Shown here in pieces: positions 10,081 to 19,615 of a stretch of DNA of 64,000 nt. Where the stretch lies: assembly GCA_031373545.1 (NCBI GenBank), contig JANMMT010000216.1:1978-65977 (forward strand), in the 5' to 3' direction. The notes beneath the pieces are model-generated. The model was not told the origin of the DNA. It worked only from the letters and a program-made list of their open reading frames with translations, and did no database searches. The position numbers and the translations under genes were made by a program. This stretch comes from Hyphomicrobiales bacterium. Its GTDB lineage: Bacteria; Pseudomonadota; Alphaproteobacteria; Rhizobiales; Beijerinckiaceae. Position 1 is the stretch's first letter. Each line of letters opens with the position of its first letter.

Positions 10081-11235
10081 TCAGACGTGTGGTGCGCGGT
10101 AAAAGCGGTTGGGGACGAAGGGCAATTTCACGACGCGGGCCGGCAGTTCCCTGCCGCGTACATTCAAGGCAAGCGGCGTGCCGGGTGCAGCGCAAGTGGC
10201 TTCCACGTAACCCATCGCCACAGGGCCGCCGGATGTGGGGCCAAAACCGCCGGAGGTGACGAGCCCAACCTTGCGCCCCTCATGTAAGATTTCCGTGCCT
10301 TCGCGGGCGGGCTGGCGGCCTTCGGGCAGGATACCCACGCGTCTGCGCGATGGGCCGTCTGTCAACTCACGCTGCACGCGGGCATGGCCGGGAAAACCGC
10401 CCTCTTCGCGCCGCCGCTTCTGGATGGACCAGCCAAGGCCCGCTTCAATGGGCGATGTCGTGGTGTCGATGTCATGGCCATAGAGACAGAGGCCTGCCTC
10501 GAGGCGCAGCGAATCGCGCGCGCCCAAGCCTATCGCCTTCACGCGGTCATCGGCCAGCAGCGCGCCCCAGAGCCGTCCGGCCTCGTCGTTGATGACAGAA
10601 ATCTCGTATCCATCTTCGCCGGTGTAGCCGGACCGCGAGACCGAACAGGGCACGCCCGCGATCATCACATCCATGTTGCTCATGAAGGGCATGATCGCCA
10701 CGCCGGGTGCGAGTTCCGCCAGCACAGCAGCCGCTTCCGGCCCCTGCAAGGCGAGCAGCGCACGGTCATCACGGCGTTTGAGCGCCACGCCTGCGGGCAG
10801 ATGGGCCGTCATATGGGCGTAATCCTGTTCCTTGCAGCCCGCGTTGACCACCAGCATCAGCGCACCGGCATTGGCGGGGTCCGCGTGGCGCGTGACCATG
10901 AGGTCATCGAGAATCCCGCCCTCGGCATTGAGAAATTGCGTGTAGCGCTGCTGACCGGGCTGAAGCCCCAGAATATCCGCCGGAACCAGGGTTTCCAGTG
11001 CGCGGCAGGCGCTTTCATGCGAACCATCGAGCGCAATGACGAAGCACTGCCCCATGTGCGAGACATCGAACAGGCCGGCATGAGTGCGTGTCCAGATGTG
11101 TTCCGACATGATGCCGAGTGGATACTGCACGGGCATGTCATAGCCCGCGAAGGGAACCATGCGGGCACCCGATGCTACATGGGCGCCATGCAGCGCTGTT
11201 TTCAATACAGGTTGATCGGAGGCCAATTCGGCCAT
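10081..11235 (-). CDS. gcvT: Glycine cleavage system aminomethyltransferase
   Basis: LKTALHGAHVASGARMVPFAGYDMPVQY...HTRTHAGLFDVSHMGQ is typical of GcvT. First gene after the glycine riboswitch. Confidence 0.95.
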   Translation of the reverse strand: MAELASDQPVLKTALHGAHVASGARMVPFAGYDMPVQYPLGIMSEHIWTRTHAGLFDVSHMGQCFVIALDGSHESACRALETLVPADILGLQPGQQRYTQFLNAEGGILDDLMVTRHADPANAGALMLVVNAGCKEQDYAHMTAHLPAGVALKRRDDRALLALQGPEAAAVLAELAPGVAIMPFMSNMDVMIAGVPCSVSRSGYTGEDGYEISVINDEAGRLWGALLADDRVKAIGLGARDSLRLEAGLCLYGHDIDTTTSPIEAGLGWSIQKRRREEGGFPGHARVQRELTDGPSRRRVGILPEGRQPAREGTEILHEGRKVGLVTSGGFGPTSGGPVAMGYVEATCAAPGTPLALNVRGRELPARVVKLPFVPNRFYRAPHV

Positions 11236-11261
11236 GGGTCACCACCAGAACACGAGAAAGC

Positions 11262-11540
11262 GCGGCCGTACGGAGAAATTCTCCGTGCAACGCCCCCTCT
11301 GTCGGGTGGACCTGAGAGATTTCACGGGCGGCCTTGCGGTGCCACGCTTACTCCGTCGGTGAGAGGCTCCGCCTGATGCAGACCTCTGCTTTCCAGAGTG
11401 ACAGGAACCGCACTGCAGCCTTGTGAGGCTGCCATGCGATCGACCCTGCGGTCCATGGGCCTGAGCGTTTCCGGGGCGGTTGCGCCTTCGGCGGCCGGAT
11501 AACTGACACCGTCACATATCCGACACTCTCCCGCAGGGGA
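11262..11540 (-). promoter_or_regulatory. Tandem glycine riboswitch (two aptamers plus expression-platform hairpin) in the gcvT leader
   Basis: Read on the minus strand. Aptamer 1: CCUGCGGGAGAG...CCGCCGAAGGCGCAA...CGCUCAGGC...GGACCGCAGGG, where P1 CCUGCGG pairs with CCGCAGG. Aptamer 2: CUCUGGAAAG...CUCACCGACGGAGUAA...CUCUCAGG...GACAGAGG. This matches the conserved GGAGAG / CACCGAAGGGGCAA / CUCAGG..GAC core. The hairpin ACGGAGAAUUUCUCCGU follows, before the gcvT ATG. Confidence 0.85.
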
Positions 11541-11544
11541 CTGT

Positions 11545-11562
11545 CTATCTGATCTCAGATAG
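11545..11562. promoter_or_regulatory. 18-bp perfect palindrome CTATCTGATCTCAGATAG, candidate operator at the gcv promoter
   Basis: The sequence is exactly self-complementary across 11545-11562. It lies about 5 nt upstream (in transcript sense) of riboswitch aptamer 1, where the promoter or transcription start is expected. Confidence 0.3.
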
Positions 11563-11611
11563 CGGGCGATGACCGCCAGTCAATGCGGCGATTGCGCAAT
11601 TCAGATGTATT

Positions 11612-12253
11612 TTAGCGTCTCTTGCGGCGATCCTGGCGCTGGGCTTGCGCGCCGGTGGGATCAAGGCCGACGTAGATGTCGTACTCGTCGCCCGGATCAT
11701 ACTGTGTGATCGGCACGGTGATGGTCTCTTCGACGATGGAAAAATCGGTCTGTGTATCGGAAGCCGGCACAGAGACCGCGACCTGCACGAACCGCTGGGC
11801 CACGATATCCTTGCGCCGCTTCACGACGACACGCACGGGAACGGAGTAGTTCCCGGCCTTACCGTTGGGACCGAGCAGCAATCGCCCTTCGATGCCGATG
11901 CGCAGACGCATCTGGTTGCCCTGCGTCACGCATTCGCGTGCCGTGCGCACGATCGAGGCCTGATAGGACACTGCGGAAGCCGCCTCTCCGCTGCCCCGGC
12001 CACGGTAGCCTGCGGCACCTTCGAGAATATCAAGCGTGGGACAGCCCAGATCGCGCTCGTCGTCGGGCTTCTGGCTCGGCGGCACCGTTGGCCCGCCGTA
12101 AAGTGCGAAGTTGCGCAGGGTTGCGCCGGCGCCTGTCTGCTGCGCCGGGTCTGCTACCGGAGCGGAGGGACTGCCTCCCAGACCGGGAATGCCACCGCTG
12201 CACCCGCTCAGAGCCAGGGCGCCGAAAACCACCAAAGAAAATGCCAAACGCAT
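11612..12253 (-). CDS. Hypothetical lipoprotein
   Basis: Internal ATG 12253 gives MRLAFSLVVFGALALSGCSG (lipobox). The soluble remainder ends in a basic tail, RQDRRKRR. The track ORF extends to 12355 through non-signal sequence. Confidence 0.6.
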   Translation of the reverse strand: MRLAFSLVVFGALALSGCSGGIPGLGGSPSAPVADPAQQTGAGATLRNFALYGGPTVPPSQKPDDERDLGCPTLDILEGAAGYRGRGSGEAASAVSYQASIVRTARECVTQGNQMRLRIGIEGRLLLGPNGKAGNYSVPVRVVVKRRKDIVAQRFVQVAVSVPASDTQTDFSIVEETITVPITQYDPGDEYDIYVGLDPTGAQAQRQDRRKRR

Positions 12254-12351
12254 GGGAACCCGTGAGACTGACCGCAAAACCATAACCTGTTTCAAAACCT
12301 TCTGCCACGAATGCGCGGCAAACGCCAATGTGCGGCATCTGCCGCGCTTGC

Positions 12352-12930
12352 TCATTTCAGCTGCTGCATGCCCCGCTCGATTCCGGCCAGGGACAGCGGC
12401 AAGCCGCGCCCTTCATTGGGCTTGTCGAAGATGATGAAGGTGGCCGAGCGCCCGTTGCGCAGTTCAATGGCCAGCTTGTCGTCGATCTCCACCTCTGCCA
12501 CGCAGCCCGATGGCACGCATTTGACGAAGCCTGTCGAGCCGATGTCCTTGATCACGGGTTTGCCCTGCGCATCCTTTTCGGCCGCGCTTTCGATGCGCAG
12601 CCCCAGACCACGCGGCAAGAGCACACCCAAGGGTGCGATCACGCGCAGCACAGGCTTGCGGGTCACCGGTTTTCCATCCGTGCCCCCTTCCACGATGCGC
12701 AGCACGACAACGACCACATTGATGTTCGAATCATTCTCATCCGCCACATTCTGGTAGAGGATGCATTGCTCCTCCTTGCCCTGAGGCTGCTCGCAGCGCA
12801 GCTCCCAATCGTTGAAGTTGCCCTTGAGCACACCCTGCGCGGCCGCAGGCGGCGCGCCCGTCACAAGGCTGGCTGCCGCTGCAAGGGCAGCTGCCTTCAC
12901 CAGAGCAGGCAATCTCAAAGGGCTGATCAT
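12352..12930 (-). CDS. Invasion-associated locus B (IalB)-family periplasmic protein
   Basis: Signal peptide from ATG 12930 (MISPLRLPALVKAAALAAAASLVTGAPPAAAQG). Then GNFNDWELRCEQP...EQCILYQNV...GFVKCVPSGCVAEVEID, the Cys pattern typical of IalB-like proteins. Confidence 0.75.
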   Translation of the reverse strand: MISPLRLPALVKAAALAAAASLVTGAPPAAAQGVLKGNFNDWELRCEQPQGKEEQCILYQNVADENDSNINVVVVVLRIVEGGTDGKPVTRKPVLRVIAPLGVLLPRGLGLRIESAAEKDAQGKPVIKDIGSTGFVKCVPSGCVAEVEIDDKLAIELRNGRSATFIIFDKPNEGRGLPLSLAGIERGMQQLK

Positions 12931-13178
12931 GGTCGAATGTCCTGTCTGGTCCGCGATTCCGGACGTCGCGGGGCGCACAGCTCCCGGTTAGCAGCGCTCA
13001 CCTGTCAGTCAAGGAACATGGCACCAATAGGGCGAGCGTGCATATGACGCATTAGAAAATCAACGAGTTTGTGTTGAAAGGACACGCACACTGTGATGAA
13101 AGCCCCTACATTGCTTTCTACAGCGGCTTGGTTGCGCATCGACGGCTTTGCCAAGCGTCAGACACGAGGGATAATGAC

Positions 13179-14099
13179 ATGCGCCTTGCATGGAATCGAC
13201 TAAATCTGCGTTCTGGACGTGACCTACTGGCCGGGATTGGTCTGCTTGGTGTCTTGGCGCTGCTCCAGCCCGCTGCTGCCCTCGCGCAGCAGGAGCCAGG
13301 GCTGGGCCAAGCTGCGCCGTGGCAAATGACATTGCAGGGATCAGCCTCGGAGATCATGGATTTCGTCACATCCATGCACACGGGACTTTTCATTCTTATC
13401 ACGGCGATTTCCGTGTTCGTGCTGGGGCTTCTCATCTGGGTTGCCATCAAGTTCAACGAAAAAGCCAATCCCGTGCCCTCACGCGTGACGCATAACACGA
13501 CCATCGAGGTGGTGTGGACCCTGGTGCCGGTGCTGATCCTGCTGGCTGTCGTCATCCCCTCCTTCCGCCTGCTCAAGATGCAGGAGGAATTTCCACCGGC
13601 CGACGTCACCATCAAGGTGACCGGCAAGCAATGGTACTGGAGCGTTGAATACACGAAGGATTCGGGCGGCTTTGGCTTTGATGCCATCATGCTCGACGAA
13701 AAGCAGCGCGCCGACGCCATGGCGAAGGGTGCCAAACCCTACGAAGTGCCGCGTCTGCTGGCCGTGGACAACGAGATCGTGCTGCCCCTGGGCCAGAACA
13801 TCCGCGTTCAGGTCACGGCTGCCGATGTCATGCATGCCTTCGCCATGCCATCCCTCGGCGTGAAGCGCGATGCCGTGCCGGGCCGCCTCAACCAGACATG
13901 GTTCAAGGCGACGCGCGAAGGCATATATTACGGCCAGTGCTCGGAACTGTGCGGCACCAGCCACGCTTTCATGCCGATCGCCATCCGCATCGTCTCGCCC
14001 GCCAAATACGCCGAATGGCTTGAGGGTGCGAAGAAGAAATATGCCTCGACCATCGACGAGAGCCCCGTTCGCACGGCGGCCTCGACGCCATCGAACTGA
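13179..14099 (+). CDS. coxB: Cytochrome c oxidase subunit II
   Basis: Signal-like N-terminus from ATG 13179, two TM helices, and the CuA site [17 protein letters not shown]. The track ORF begins at an upstream GTG (13071). Confidence 0.93.
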   Translation: MRLAWNRLNLRSGRDLLAGIGLLGVLALLQPAAALAQQEPGLGQAAPWQMTLQGSASEIMDFVTSMHTGLFILITAISVFVLGLLIWVAIKFNEKANPVPSRVTHNTTIEVVWTLVPVLILLAVVIPSFRLLKMQEEFPPADVTIKVTGKQWYWSVEYTKDSGGFGFDAIMLDEKQRADAMAKGAKPYEVPRLLAVDNEIVLPLGQNIRVQVTAADVMHAFAMPSLGVKRDAVPGRLNQTWFKATREGIYYGQCSELCGTSHAFMPIAIRIVSPAKYAEWLEGAKKKYASTIDESPVRTAASTPSN

Positions 14100-14131
14100 A
14101 CCAACGCGACCGATCTTTCATTGCGCCTAAA

Positions 14132-15778
14132 ATGGGGAATATGAGAATGGCAACTGCCGCAGCTCATGCAGACGACCACGATCACATGCATGCCCATCCA
14201 ACCGGGTGGCGTCGTTATGTGTATTCGACGAACCACAAGGACATCGGGATGATGTACCTGATCTTCTCGCTCTGCGCGGGGATCATTGGCGGTGCGCTGT
14301 CCGTGGCCATGCGCATGGAATTGCAGGAACCGGGCATGCAGATTTTCGCAAACGCCCACACCTACAATGCCTTCGTGACCAGCCATGCGCTCATCATGAT
14401 CTTTTTCATGGTCATGCCCGCGCTGATCGGCGGCTTTGCCAACTGGTTCATCCCCATCATGATCGGCGCGCCGGACATGGCCTTCCCGCGCATGAACAAC
14501 ATCTCGTTTTGGCTGCTGCCGGCCGCGCTTGGGCTGCTCATCATCTCGATGTTCGTGCCCGGTGGCCCTGGCCCCGATGACCGCGGTTTTGGCGGGGGCT
14601 GGACGATCTATCCGCCCATGTCCTCGACTGTGGGCTCGCCGGGCCCGGCCATGGATTTCGCAATTCTCGCACTCCACATCGCCGGCGCTTCGTCGATCCT
14701 GGGGGCCATCAACTTCATCACCACCATCTTCAACATGCGTGCGCCTGGCATGACCATGCACAAGATGCCGCTGTTCGTGTGGTCGGTGCTGGTGACGGCC
14801 TTCCTGCTCCTGCTCTCCCTGCCTGTTCTGGCGGGTGCGATCACCATGCTGCTGACGGACCGCAACTTCGGCACGGCCTTCTTTGACCCGGCCAACGGCG
14901 GGGACCCGATCCTGTTCCAGCACCTGTTCTGGTTCTTCGGCCACCCTGAAGTGTACATCCTGATCCTGCCAGCCTTCGGCATCATCAGCCAGATCGTTTC
15001 GACCTTCAGCCGCAAGGCCGTGTTCGGATACCTCGGCATGGCCTATGCCATGGTGGCGATCGGCGTGGTCGGCTTCGTGGTCTGGGCGCACCATATGTAT
15101 ACCTCGGGCATCAGCCTGGCCGCGCAGCAGTATTTCATGGCGGCGACGATGGTGATCGCGGTTCCGACCGGCGTGAAGATCTTCTCCTGGATCGCCACGA
15201 TGTGGGGCGGCTCGATCTCCTTCCGCCCGCCCATGGTCTGGGCCATCGGTTTCATTTTCCTGTTCACCGTCGGCGGCGTCACGGGTGTGGTGCTGGCCAA
15301 CGCGGGCGTGGACCGGGTGCTGCACGACACCTATTACGTGGTGGCGCACTTCCACTACGTGCTGTCGCTCGGCGCCGTGTTCGGTATCTTCGCAGGATGG
15401 TACTACTGGTTCCCCAAGATGACCGGCTACATGATCCCCGATTGGGTCGGCCACACGCACTTCTGGGTGTCGTTCGTGGGTGCCAACATCCTGTTCTTCC
15501 CGCAGCATTTCCTCGGCCTCGCCGGCATGCCACGCCGTTACGTGGACTACCCCGATGCCTACGCTGGCTGGAACTACATCTCCTCGATCGGCTCCTACAT
15601 CTTTGCTGCCGGCATGCTGGTGTTCTTCGTAGGCATGGCCATTGCACTCATCCGCAAGGAGAAGGCGGGCGACAATCCCTGGGGCGTGGGTGCCACGACA
15701 CTGGAATGGACGCTGCCTTCGCCGCCTCCCTTCCACCAGTTCGAAACGCTGCCACGCATCACCGAAGAAGCGCATTGA
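14132..15778 (+). CDS. ctaD: Cytochrome c oxidase subunit I
   Basis: [14 protein letters not shown]...[17 protein letters not shown]...HHMYT...VAHFHYVLS are heme-copper oxidase subunit I signatures. Confidence 0.97.
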   Translation: MGNMRMATAAAHADDHDHMHAHPTGWRRYVYSTNHKDIGMMYLIFSLCAGIIGGALSVAMRMELQEPGMQIFANAHTYNAFVTSHALIMIFFMVMPALIGGFANWFIPIMIGAPDMAFPRMNNISFWLLPAALGLLIISMFVPGGPGPDDRGFGGGWTIYPPMSSTVGSPGPAMDFAILALHIAGASSILGAINFITTIFNMRAPGMTMHKMPLFVWSVLVTAFLLLLSLPVLAGAITMLLTDRNFGTAFFDPANGGDPILFQHLFWFFGHPEVYILILPAFGIISQIVSTFSRKAVFGYLGMAYAMVAIGVVGFVVWAHHMYTSGISLAAQQYFMAATMVIAVPTGVKIFSWIATMWGGSISFRPPMVWAIGFIFLFTVGGVTGVVLANAGVDRVLHDTYYVVAHFHYVLSLGAVFGIFAGWYYWFPKMTGYMIPDWVGHTHFWVSFVGANILFFPQHFLGLAGMPRRYVDYPDAYAGWNYISSIGSYIFAAGMLVFFVGMAIALIRKEKAGDNPWGVGATTLEWTLPSPPPFHQFETLPRITEEAH

Positions 15779-15788
15779 ACTCTTGATC

Positions 15789-15812
15789 GGGCTGGCCACG
15801 CGCCAGCCCTTT
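15789..15812 (+). terminator. GC-rich hairpin with short U tract after ctaD (possible attenuator/terminator)
   Basis: GGGCTGGC (15789-15796), loop CACGC, GCCAGCCC (15802-15809), then TTT. The 8-bp stem is perfect but the T run is only 3 nt. Confidence 0.35.
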
Positions 15813-15883
15813 CAGCCAAGTGGCTCTGCCTCGGCGGGGCCGTTTGTCTGAAGGGGTTACCCTCACAACGGACTGTCGAACCC

Positions 15884-16819
15884 ATGAACGGACGCGCAAC
15901 CACAGTTGATGAACCCGCAGGCGACGTCCTGTCGGCGGGCTCCGTGCGTGATTTCATCGCCCTGCTGAAACCACGTGTGATGACGCTGGTGGTCTTCACG
16001 GCTCTCGTGGGCCTTGTCGCGGCCCCCGGCACCATGCATCCGGGTCTTGCGGCCATTGCGATCCTCTGCATCGCAGTGGGCGGCGGCGCCTCCGGGGCGC
16101 TCAACATGTGGTACGATGCCGACATCGACGCGAAGATGCGCCGCACGGCCGATCGTCCCGTACCTGGCGGTCGCATTCTGCCCGGCGAGGCTCTGGGCTT
16201 CGGGCTTTTTCTTGCCGCCATATCGGTCTTCACCCTCGGCATGGCGACCAACTGGTTTGCCGCGGGCTTTCTGGCCTTCACCATTTTCTTCTACGTCGCG
16301 GTCTACACGATGTGGCTCAAGCGCCGGACACCGCAGAACATCGTCATCGGCGGGGCCGCGGGAGCTTTTCCCCCCATGGTGGGCTGGGCGGCGATGACGG
16401 GCGGCATGAGCCTGGAAAGCATCGTGATGTTCGCCATCATCTTCATCTGGACGCCGCCCCATTTCTGGGCACTGGCGCTGGTGAAGAAGGCGGATTACGG
16501 CGCGGCGGGCGTGCCCATGCTGCCCAATGTCGCGGGCGATGCGGCGACGCGCAGGCAGATTCTGTGGTATTCCATTGCTCTGGCCTTCACGGGTCTGCTG
16601 CCAACGATTTTAGGCTTCAACAGCCTTGTGTACGGGGCCTTTGCGGTGCTGGGGGGCGTGTGGATGATCTGGCTTGCGGCTGATATCCTGCGCAAGGCAG
16701 ATACGGCTGCAGAGCCCAAGGCGTGCTGGCGCATGTTCGGCCAGTCGATGCTGTATCTGTTCGTGCTGTTTGCGATCATTCTGCTGGACAAGCTGGCGAT
16801 GCAAAGGGGTTTCTGGTGA
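15884..16819 (+). CDS. ctaB: Protoheme IX farnesyltransferase (heme O synthase)
   Basis: A UbiA-type polytopic protein: [18 protein letters not shown]...[21 protein letters not shown]...[13 protein letters not shown]. Sits inside the cox cluster. Confidence 0.93.
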   Translation: MNGRATTVDEPAGDVLSAGSVRDFIALLKPRVMTLVVFTALVGLVAAPGTMHPGLAAIAILCIAVGGGASGALNMWYDADIDAKMRRTADRPVPGGRILPGEALGFGLFLAAISVFTLGMATNWFAAGFLAFTIFFYVAVYTMWLKRRTPQNIVIGGAAGAFPPMVGWAAMTGGMSLESIVMFAIIFIWTPPHFWALALVKKADYGAAGVPMLPNVAGDAATRRQILWYSIALAFTGLLPTILGFNSLVYGAFAVLGGVWMIWLAADILRKADTAAEPKACWRMFGQSMLYLFVLFAIILLDKLAMQRGFW

Positions 16820-16821
16820 GC

Positions 16822-16989
16822 ATGATGTCCGATCTGAAATCCACCGGGTTGACACCATCGCCCGCCGACAAGCGCCGGCAGAAGACGCGTTCGCTCGCGA
16901 TTGCGGGCGCGCTCGTGTTTCTCGCGATCCTGTTTTACCTGATCACCATCTTCAAGATGGGTGCGGGCATCCTCAACAAGGGAATCTGA
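16822..16989 (+). CDS. Small single-helix membrane protein of the cox cluster (CoxF-like, 55 aa)
   Basis: ATG 16822 lies 3 nt after the ctaB stop. Product: MMSDLKSTGLTPSPADKRRQKTRSLAIAGALVFLAILFYLITIFKMGAGILNKGI, with one TM helix. It fills the ctaB-ctaG gap exactly. The track lists it only as part of the longer ORF 16723..16989, whose upstream part overlaps ctaB. Confidence 0.6.
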   Translation: MMSDLKSTGLTPSPADKRRQKTRSLAIAGALVFLAILFYLITIFKMGAGILNKGI

Positions 16990-16993
16990 AGCC

Positions 16994-17566
16994 ATGGCCA
17001 GCGGTCGTTCCGATATCAAGGTCGCAGTCCTTGCAGGGGGGCTGGGTGCGCTGATGCTGGGTGCGAGCTTTGCGGCGGTGCCCCTTTACGACTGGTTCTG
17101 CCGCACCACCGGTTACGGCGGCACCACGATGGTGGCGAAGGCGGGCCCATCGGTGCGCGGCACCCGCCCGATCGAAGTGCGATTCGATGCCAACGTGACC
17201 GGTCTGCCCTGGCGATTTGATGCCGAGACAACAACCGTGACCGTGCTGCCCGGCGATGTCGCGACCGTTTACTACCGCCTGACCAACACCAGCGACCGCG
17301 AGACAGTGGGCATCGCCTCTTACGGCGTATCTCCAGAGATCACCGGGGGGTATTTCAGCAAGATCCAGTGTTTCTGCTTCACCGATCAGGTGCTCAAGCC
17401 CGGCGAAAGCCGCGAGGAGGCTGTGGTGTTCTTTGTTGACCCCGCGATAGAAACCAATTCGGATGCGCGCCATGTGCGCAGCATCACCTTGTCATATACC
17501 TTCTTTCCATCCAGAACGCAGGTGAAGCCGCTGGCTGCGGCGGCACCTGCATCGATCACGCGCTGA
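16994..17566 (+). CDS. ctaG: Cytochrome c oxidase assembly protein CtaG/Cox11
   Basis: TM anchor followed by VPLYDWFCRTTGYGGT...FSKIQCFCFTDQVLKPGE (Cox11 copper-binding CFCF motif). Confidence 0.93.
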   Translation: MASGRSDIKVAVLAGGLGALMLGASFAAVPLYDWFCRTTGYGGTTMVAKAGPSVRGTRPIEVRFDANVTGLPWRFDAETTTVTVLPGDVATVYYRLTNTSDRETVGIASYGVSPEITGGYFSKIQCFCFTDQVLKPGESREEAVVFFVDPAIETNSDARHVRSITLSYTFFPSRTQVKPLAAAAPASITR

Positions 17567-17589
17567 AGTAGAAAAGAACGAGGCACACC

Positions 17590-18450
17590 ATGGCTGGAGC
17601 CCAGACCAAGAACCACGATTACCATCTGGTTGACCCATCACCATGGCCCTTCGTGGCGTCCGTTTCGGCCTTCGTCATGGCGATCGGTGCCGTGATGTGG
17701 ATGAAGAGCATGACCATGATGGGGCTCAAGGTCGGGCCCTATTTCTTCGGGGCGGGCCTGCTTGGCATCCTGTATGTCATGTTCGCATGGTGGGGCGATG
17801 TGATCCGCGAGGCTGACCGGGGCGATCACACGCGCGTCGTGCAGATTCACCACCGTTACGGCATGATCATGTTCATCGCGTCCGAAGTGATGTTCTTCGT
17901 GGCGTGGTTCTGGGCCTATTTCGATGCGTCCCTGTTTGCCAATGAGGCGATTCAGTACGCCCGTGTCGAAAAGCTGGGCGGTGTCTGGCCACCCAAGGGC
18001 ATCGAGGTGTTTGACCCCTGGCACCTGCCGCTGCTCAACACGCTGATCCTGCTGACTTCGGGCACCACCGTGACCTGGGCCCACCACGCTTTGCTCAACA
18101 ATGACCGGGAGGGCTTGAAGCAGGGTCTCTGGGCCACTGTCTTGCTGGGCGCGCTGTTCTCGGTGGTGCAGGTTTATGAGTATGGCCATGCCGCCTTCGG
18201 CTTCTCCGGTCATATCTACGGCGCCACCTTCTTTATGGCGACAGGCTTTCACGGCTTCCACGTCCTCATCGGAACCATCTTCCTCGCGGTCTGCCTGATC
18301 CGTGCCTACAGAAATCATTTCACGTCCCAGCAGCATCTCGGGTTCGAGTTTGCAGCCTGGTACTGGCACTTCGTCGATGTGGTCTGGCTGTTCCTGTTCG
18401 TCGCGATCTACCTCTGGGGGTCGCACTGGGGCATGGCCGCCGCGCACTGA
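17590..18450 (+). CDS. ctaE: Cytochrome c oxidase subunit III
   Basis: HDYHLVDPSPWP...GFHGFHVLIGTIFL...AAWYWHFVDVVWLFLF are typical subunit III motifs. Confidence 0.95.
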   Translation: MAGAQTKNHDYHLVDPSPWPFVASVSAFVMAIGAVMWMKSMTMMGLKVGPYFFGAGLLGILYVMFAWWGDVIREADRGDHTRVVQIHHRYGMIMFIASEVMFFVAWFWAYFDASLFANEAIQYARVEKLGGVWPPKGIEVFDPWHLPLLNTLILLTSGTTVTWAHHALLNNDREGLKQGLWATVLLGALFSVVQVYEYGHAAFGFSGHIYGATFFMATGFHGFHVLIGTIFLAVCLIRAYRNHFTSQQHLGFEFAAWYWHFVDVVWLFLFVAIYLWGSHWGMAAAH

Positions 18451-18471
18451 GACTTCAGCCTGTGACATCGA

Positions 18472-18500
18472 GGGCGGCGGGGCGTGGTACCTGGCCGCCC
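18472..18500 (+). terminator. Possible weak terminator hairpin after ctaE
   Basis: GGGCGGC (18472-18478) pairs with GCCGCCC (18494-18500) across a 15-nt loop. The following sequence, TTCGTCATTT, is only T-rich. Confidence 0.3.
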
Positions 18501-18524
18501 TTCGTCATTTGAAGGGATCAAGAC

Positions 18525-18860
18525 ATGCCATCCGGTAATGCCTGCCCGCGATGCGGCAACGCCCCCCTCTTTGATGGCTATCTCAAGCTGAAACCGGCCT
18601 GCACGGCCTGCGGGCTCAATTATGCCTTTGCGGACAGTGGCGATGCACCAGCCGTCTTCATCATGCTGGGTGGCGGAGCTTTCATCGTGGGCCTCGCGCT
18701 TTTTCTTGAGGTCAACTATGCGCCGCCGATCTGGCTGACTATGGCCATCTGCCTGCCGCTGGGCGCGGTGATGTGCCTGGGGCTGCTGCGCCCCTTGAAA
18801 GCGGCGATGATCCACCGGCAATACGCCACCAAGGCCGAGGAGGCGCGGCATAAATCATGA
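18525..18860 (+). CDS. DUF983-family small membrane protein
   Basis: CPRCGNAPLFDGYLKLKPACTACGLNY zinc-ribbon-like N-terminus plus two TM helices. Usual position between ctaE and SURF1 in alphaproteobacteria. Confidence 0.8.
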   Translation: MPSGNACPRCGNAPLFDGYLKLKPACTACGLNYAFADSGDAPAVFIMLGGGAFIVGLALFLEVNYAPPIWLTMAICLPLGAVMCLGLLRPLKAAMIHRQYATKAEEARHKS

Positions 18861-19615
18861 ACAGGGCCAACACAACCGGCGCCGGCAAGAGCATCGTGAT
18901 TCCGGCTGTGATGACCGGCATCGCTCTGGCTGTTCTCCTGGCGCTTGGCGTGTGGCAATTGCAGCGCAAGGCGGAGAAGGAGCAGTTTCTCGGCGGATTG
19001 CAGCAGTCCATCGGCGCTGCGCCCATGGCGCTTGCCAAAGACAGCGTGCCGCCGGAACTGACACGCGTGCGCGTGACAGGGCAATATCTGACGGCGCGCA
19101 GCGTGCCCGTGCGGGTGACGCTCGCGGCACCCCGGAACCTGCGCGAGTTGGGCGGCCTCGGTTTTTTCTGGATGACGCCCCTGGCGCTGGATGGTGGCGG
19201 CACGGTGTTTGTCAACCGGGGCTTTGTGCCTGCCAATTCCGATGGGCGCGCGCCCGCCATCGAAACGCCGACAGGGCCTCAAACCATCACGGGCCTGATC
19301 CGCCACCCGGAAAACCAGGGGCCGTTTGCACCGGCCGATGTGCCCGCGCGCGGGGATTACTTCAACCGGGATCCGGCCAGGCTGGCGACGGCCGCTGGTC
19401 TTGCAGATGTTGCGACGGCGTATTTCATCGACGAAGAGCGCGGCCCTGACGGCTCGGTTGCACCCGTGGGGCTGGATGCCAAGGCGCTGATGGCGCGCAT
19501 CCCCAACAAGCATCTCGAATACGCCCTGACATGGTTCGCGTTTGCGCTGACGCTGGCCATCATCTTCGGGCTCTTCGTGCGCAACCGGCGGCGCGAAACT
19601 GCAGCGGCGCTATGA
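18857..19615 (+). CDS. SURF1-family cytochrome oxidase biogenesis protein
   Basis: Overlaps the DUF983 stop (ATGA). N- and C-terminal TM helices flank LGVWQLQRKAEKEQF...VNRGFVP...HLEYALTWFAFAL. Confidence 0.88.
   Translation: MNRANTTGAGKSIVIPAVMTGIALAVLLALGVWQLQRKAEKEQFLGGLQQSIGAAPMALAKDSVPPELTRVRVTGQYLTARSVPVRVTLAAPRNLRELGGLGFFWMTPLALDGGGTVFVNRGFVPANSDGRAPAIETPTGPQTITGLIRHPENQGPFAPADVPARGDYFNRDPARLATAAGLADVATAYFIDEERGPDGSVAPVGLDAKALMARIPNKHLEYALTWFAFALTLAIIFGLFVRNRRRETAAAL

Noticed and set aside
13928-15799. 623-aa minus-strand ORF across ctaD
   Set aside because: It is the antisense shadow of cytochrome oxidase subunit I. The product is an implausible His/Arg/Asp/Glu-rich polypeptide.
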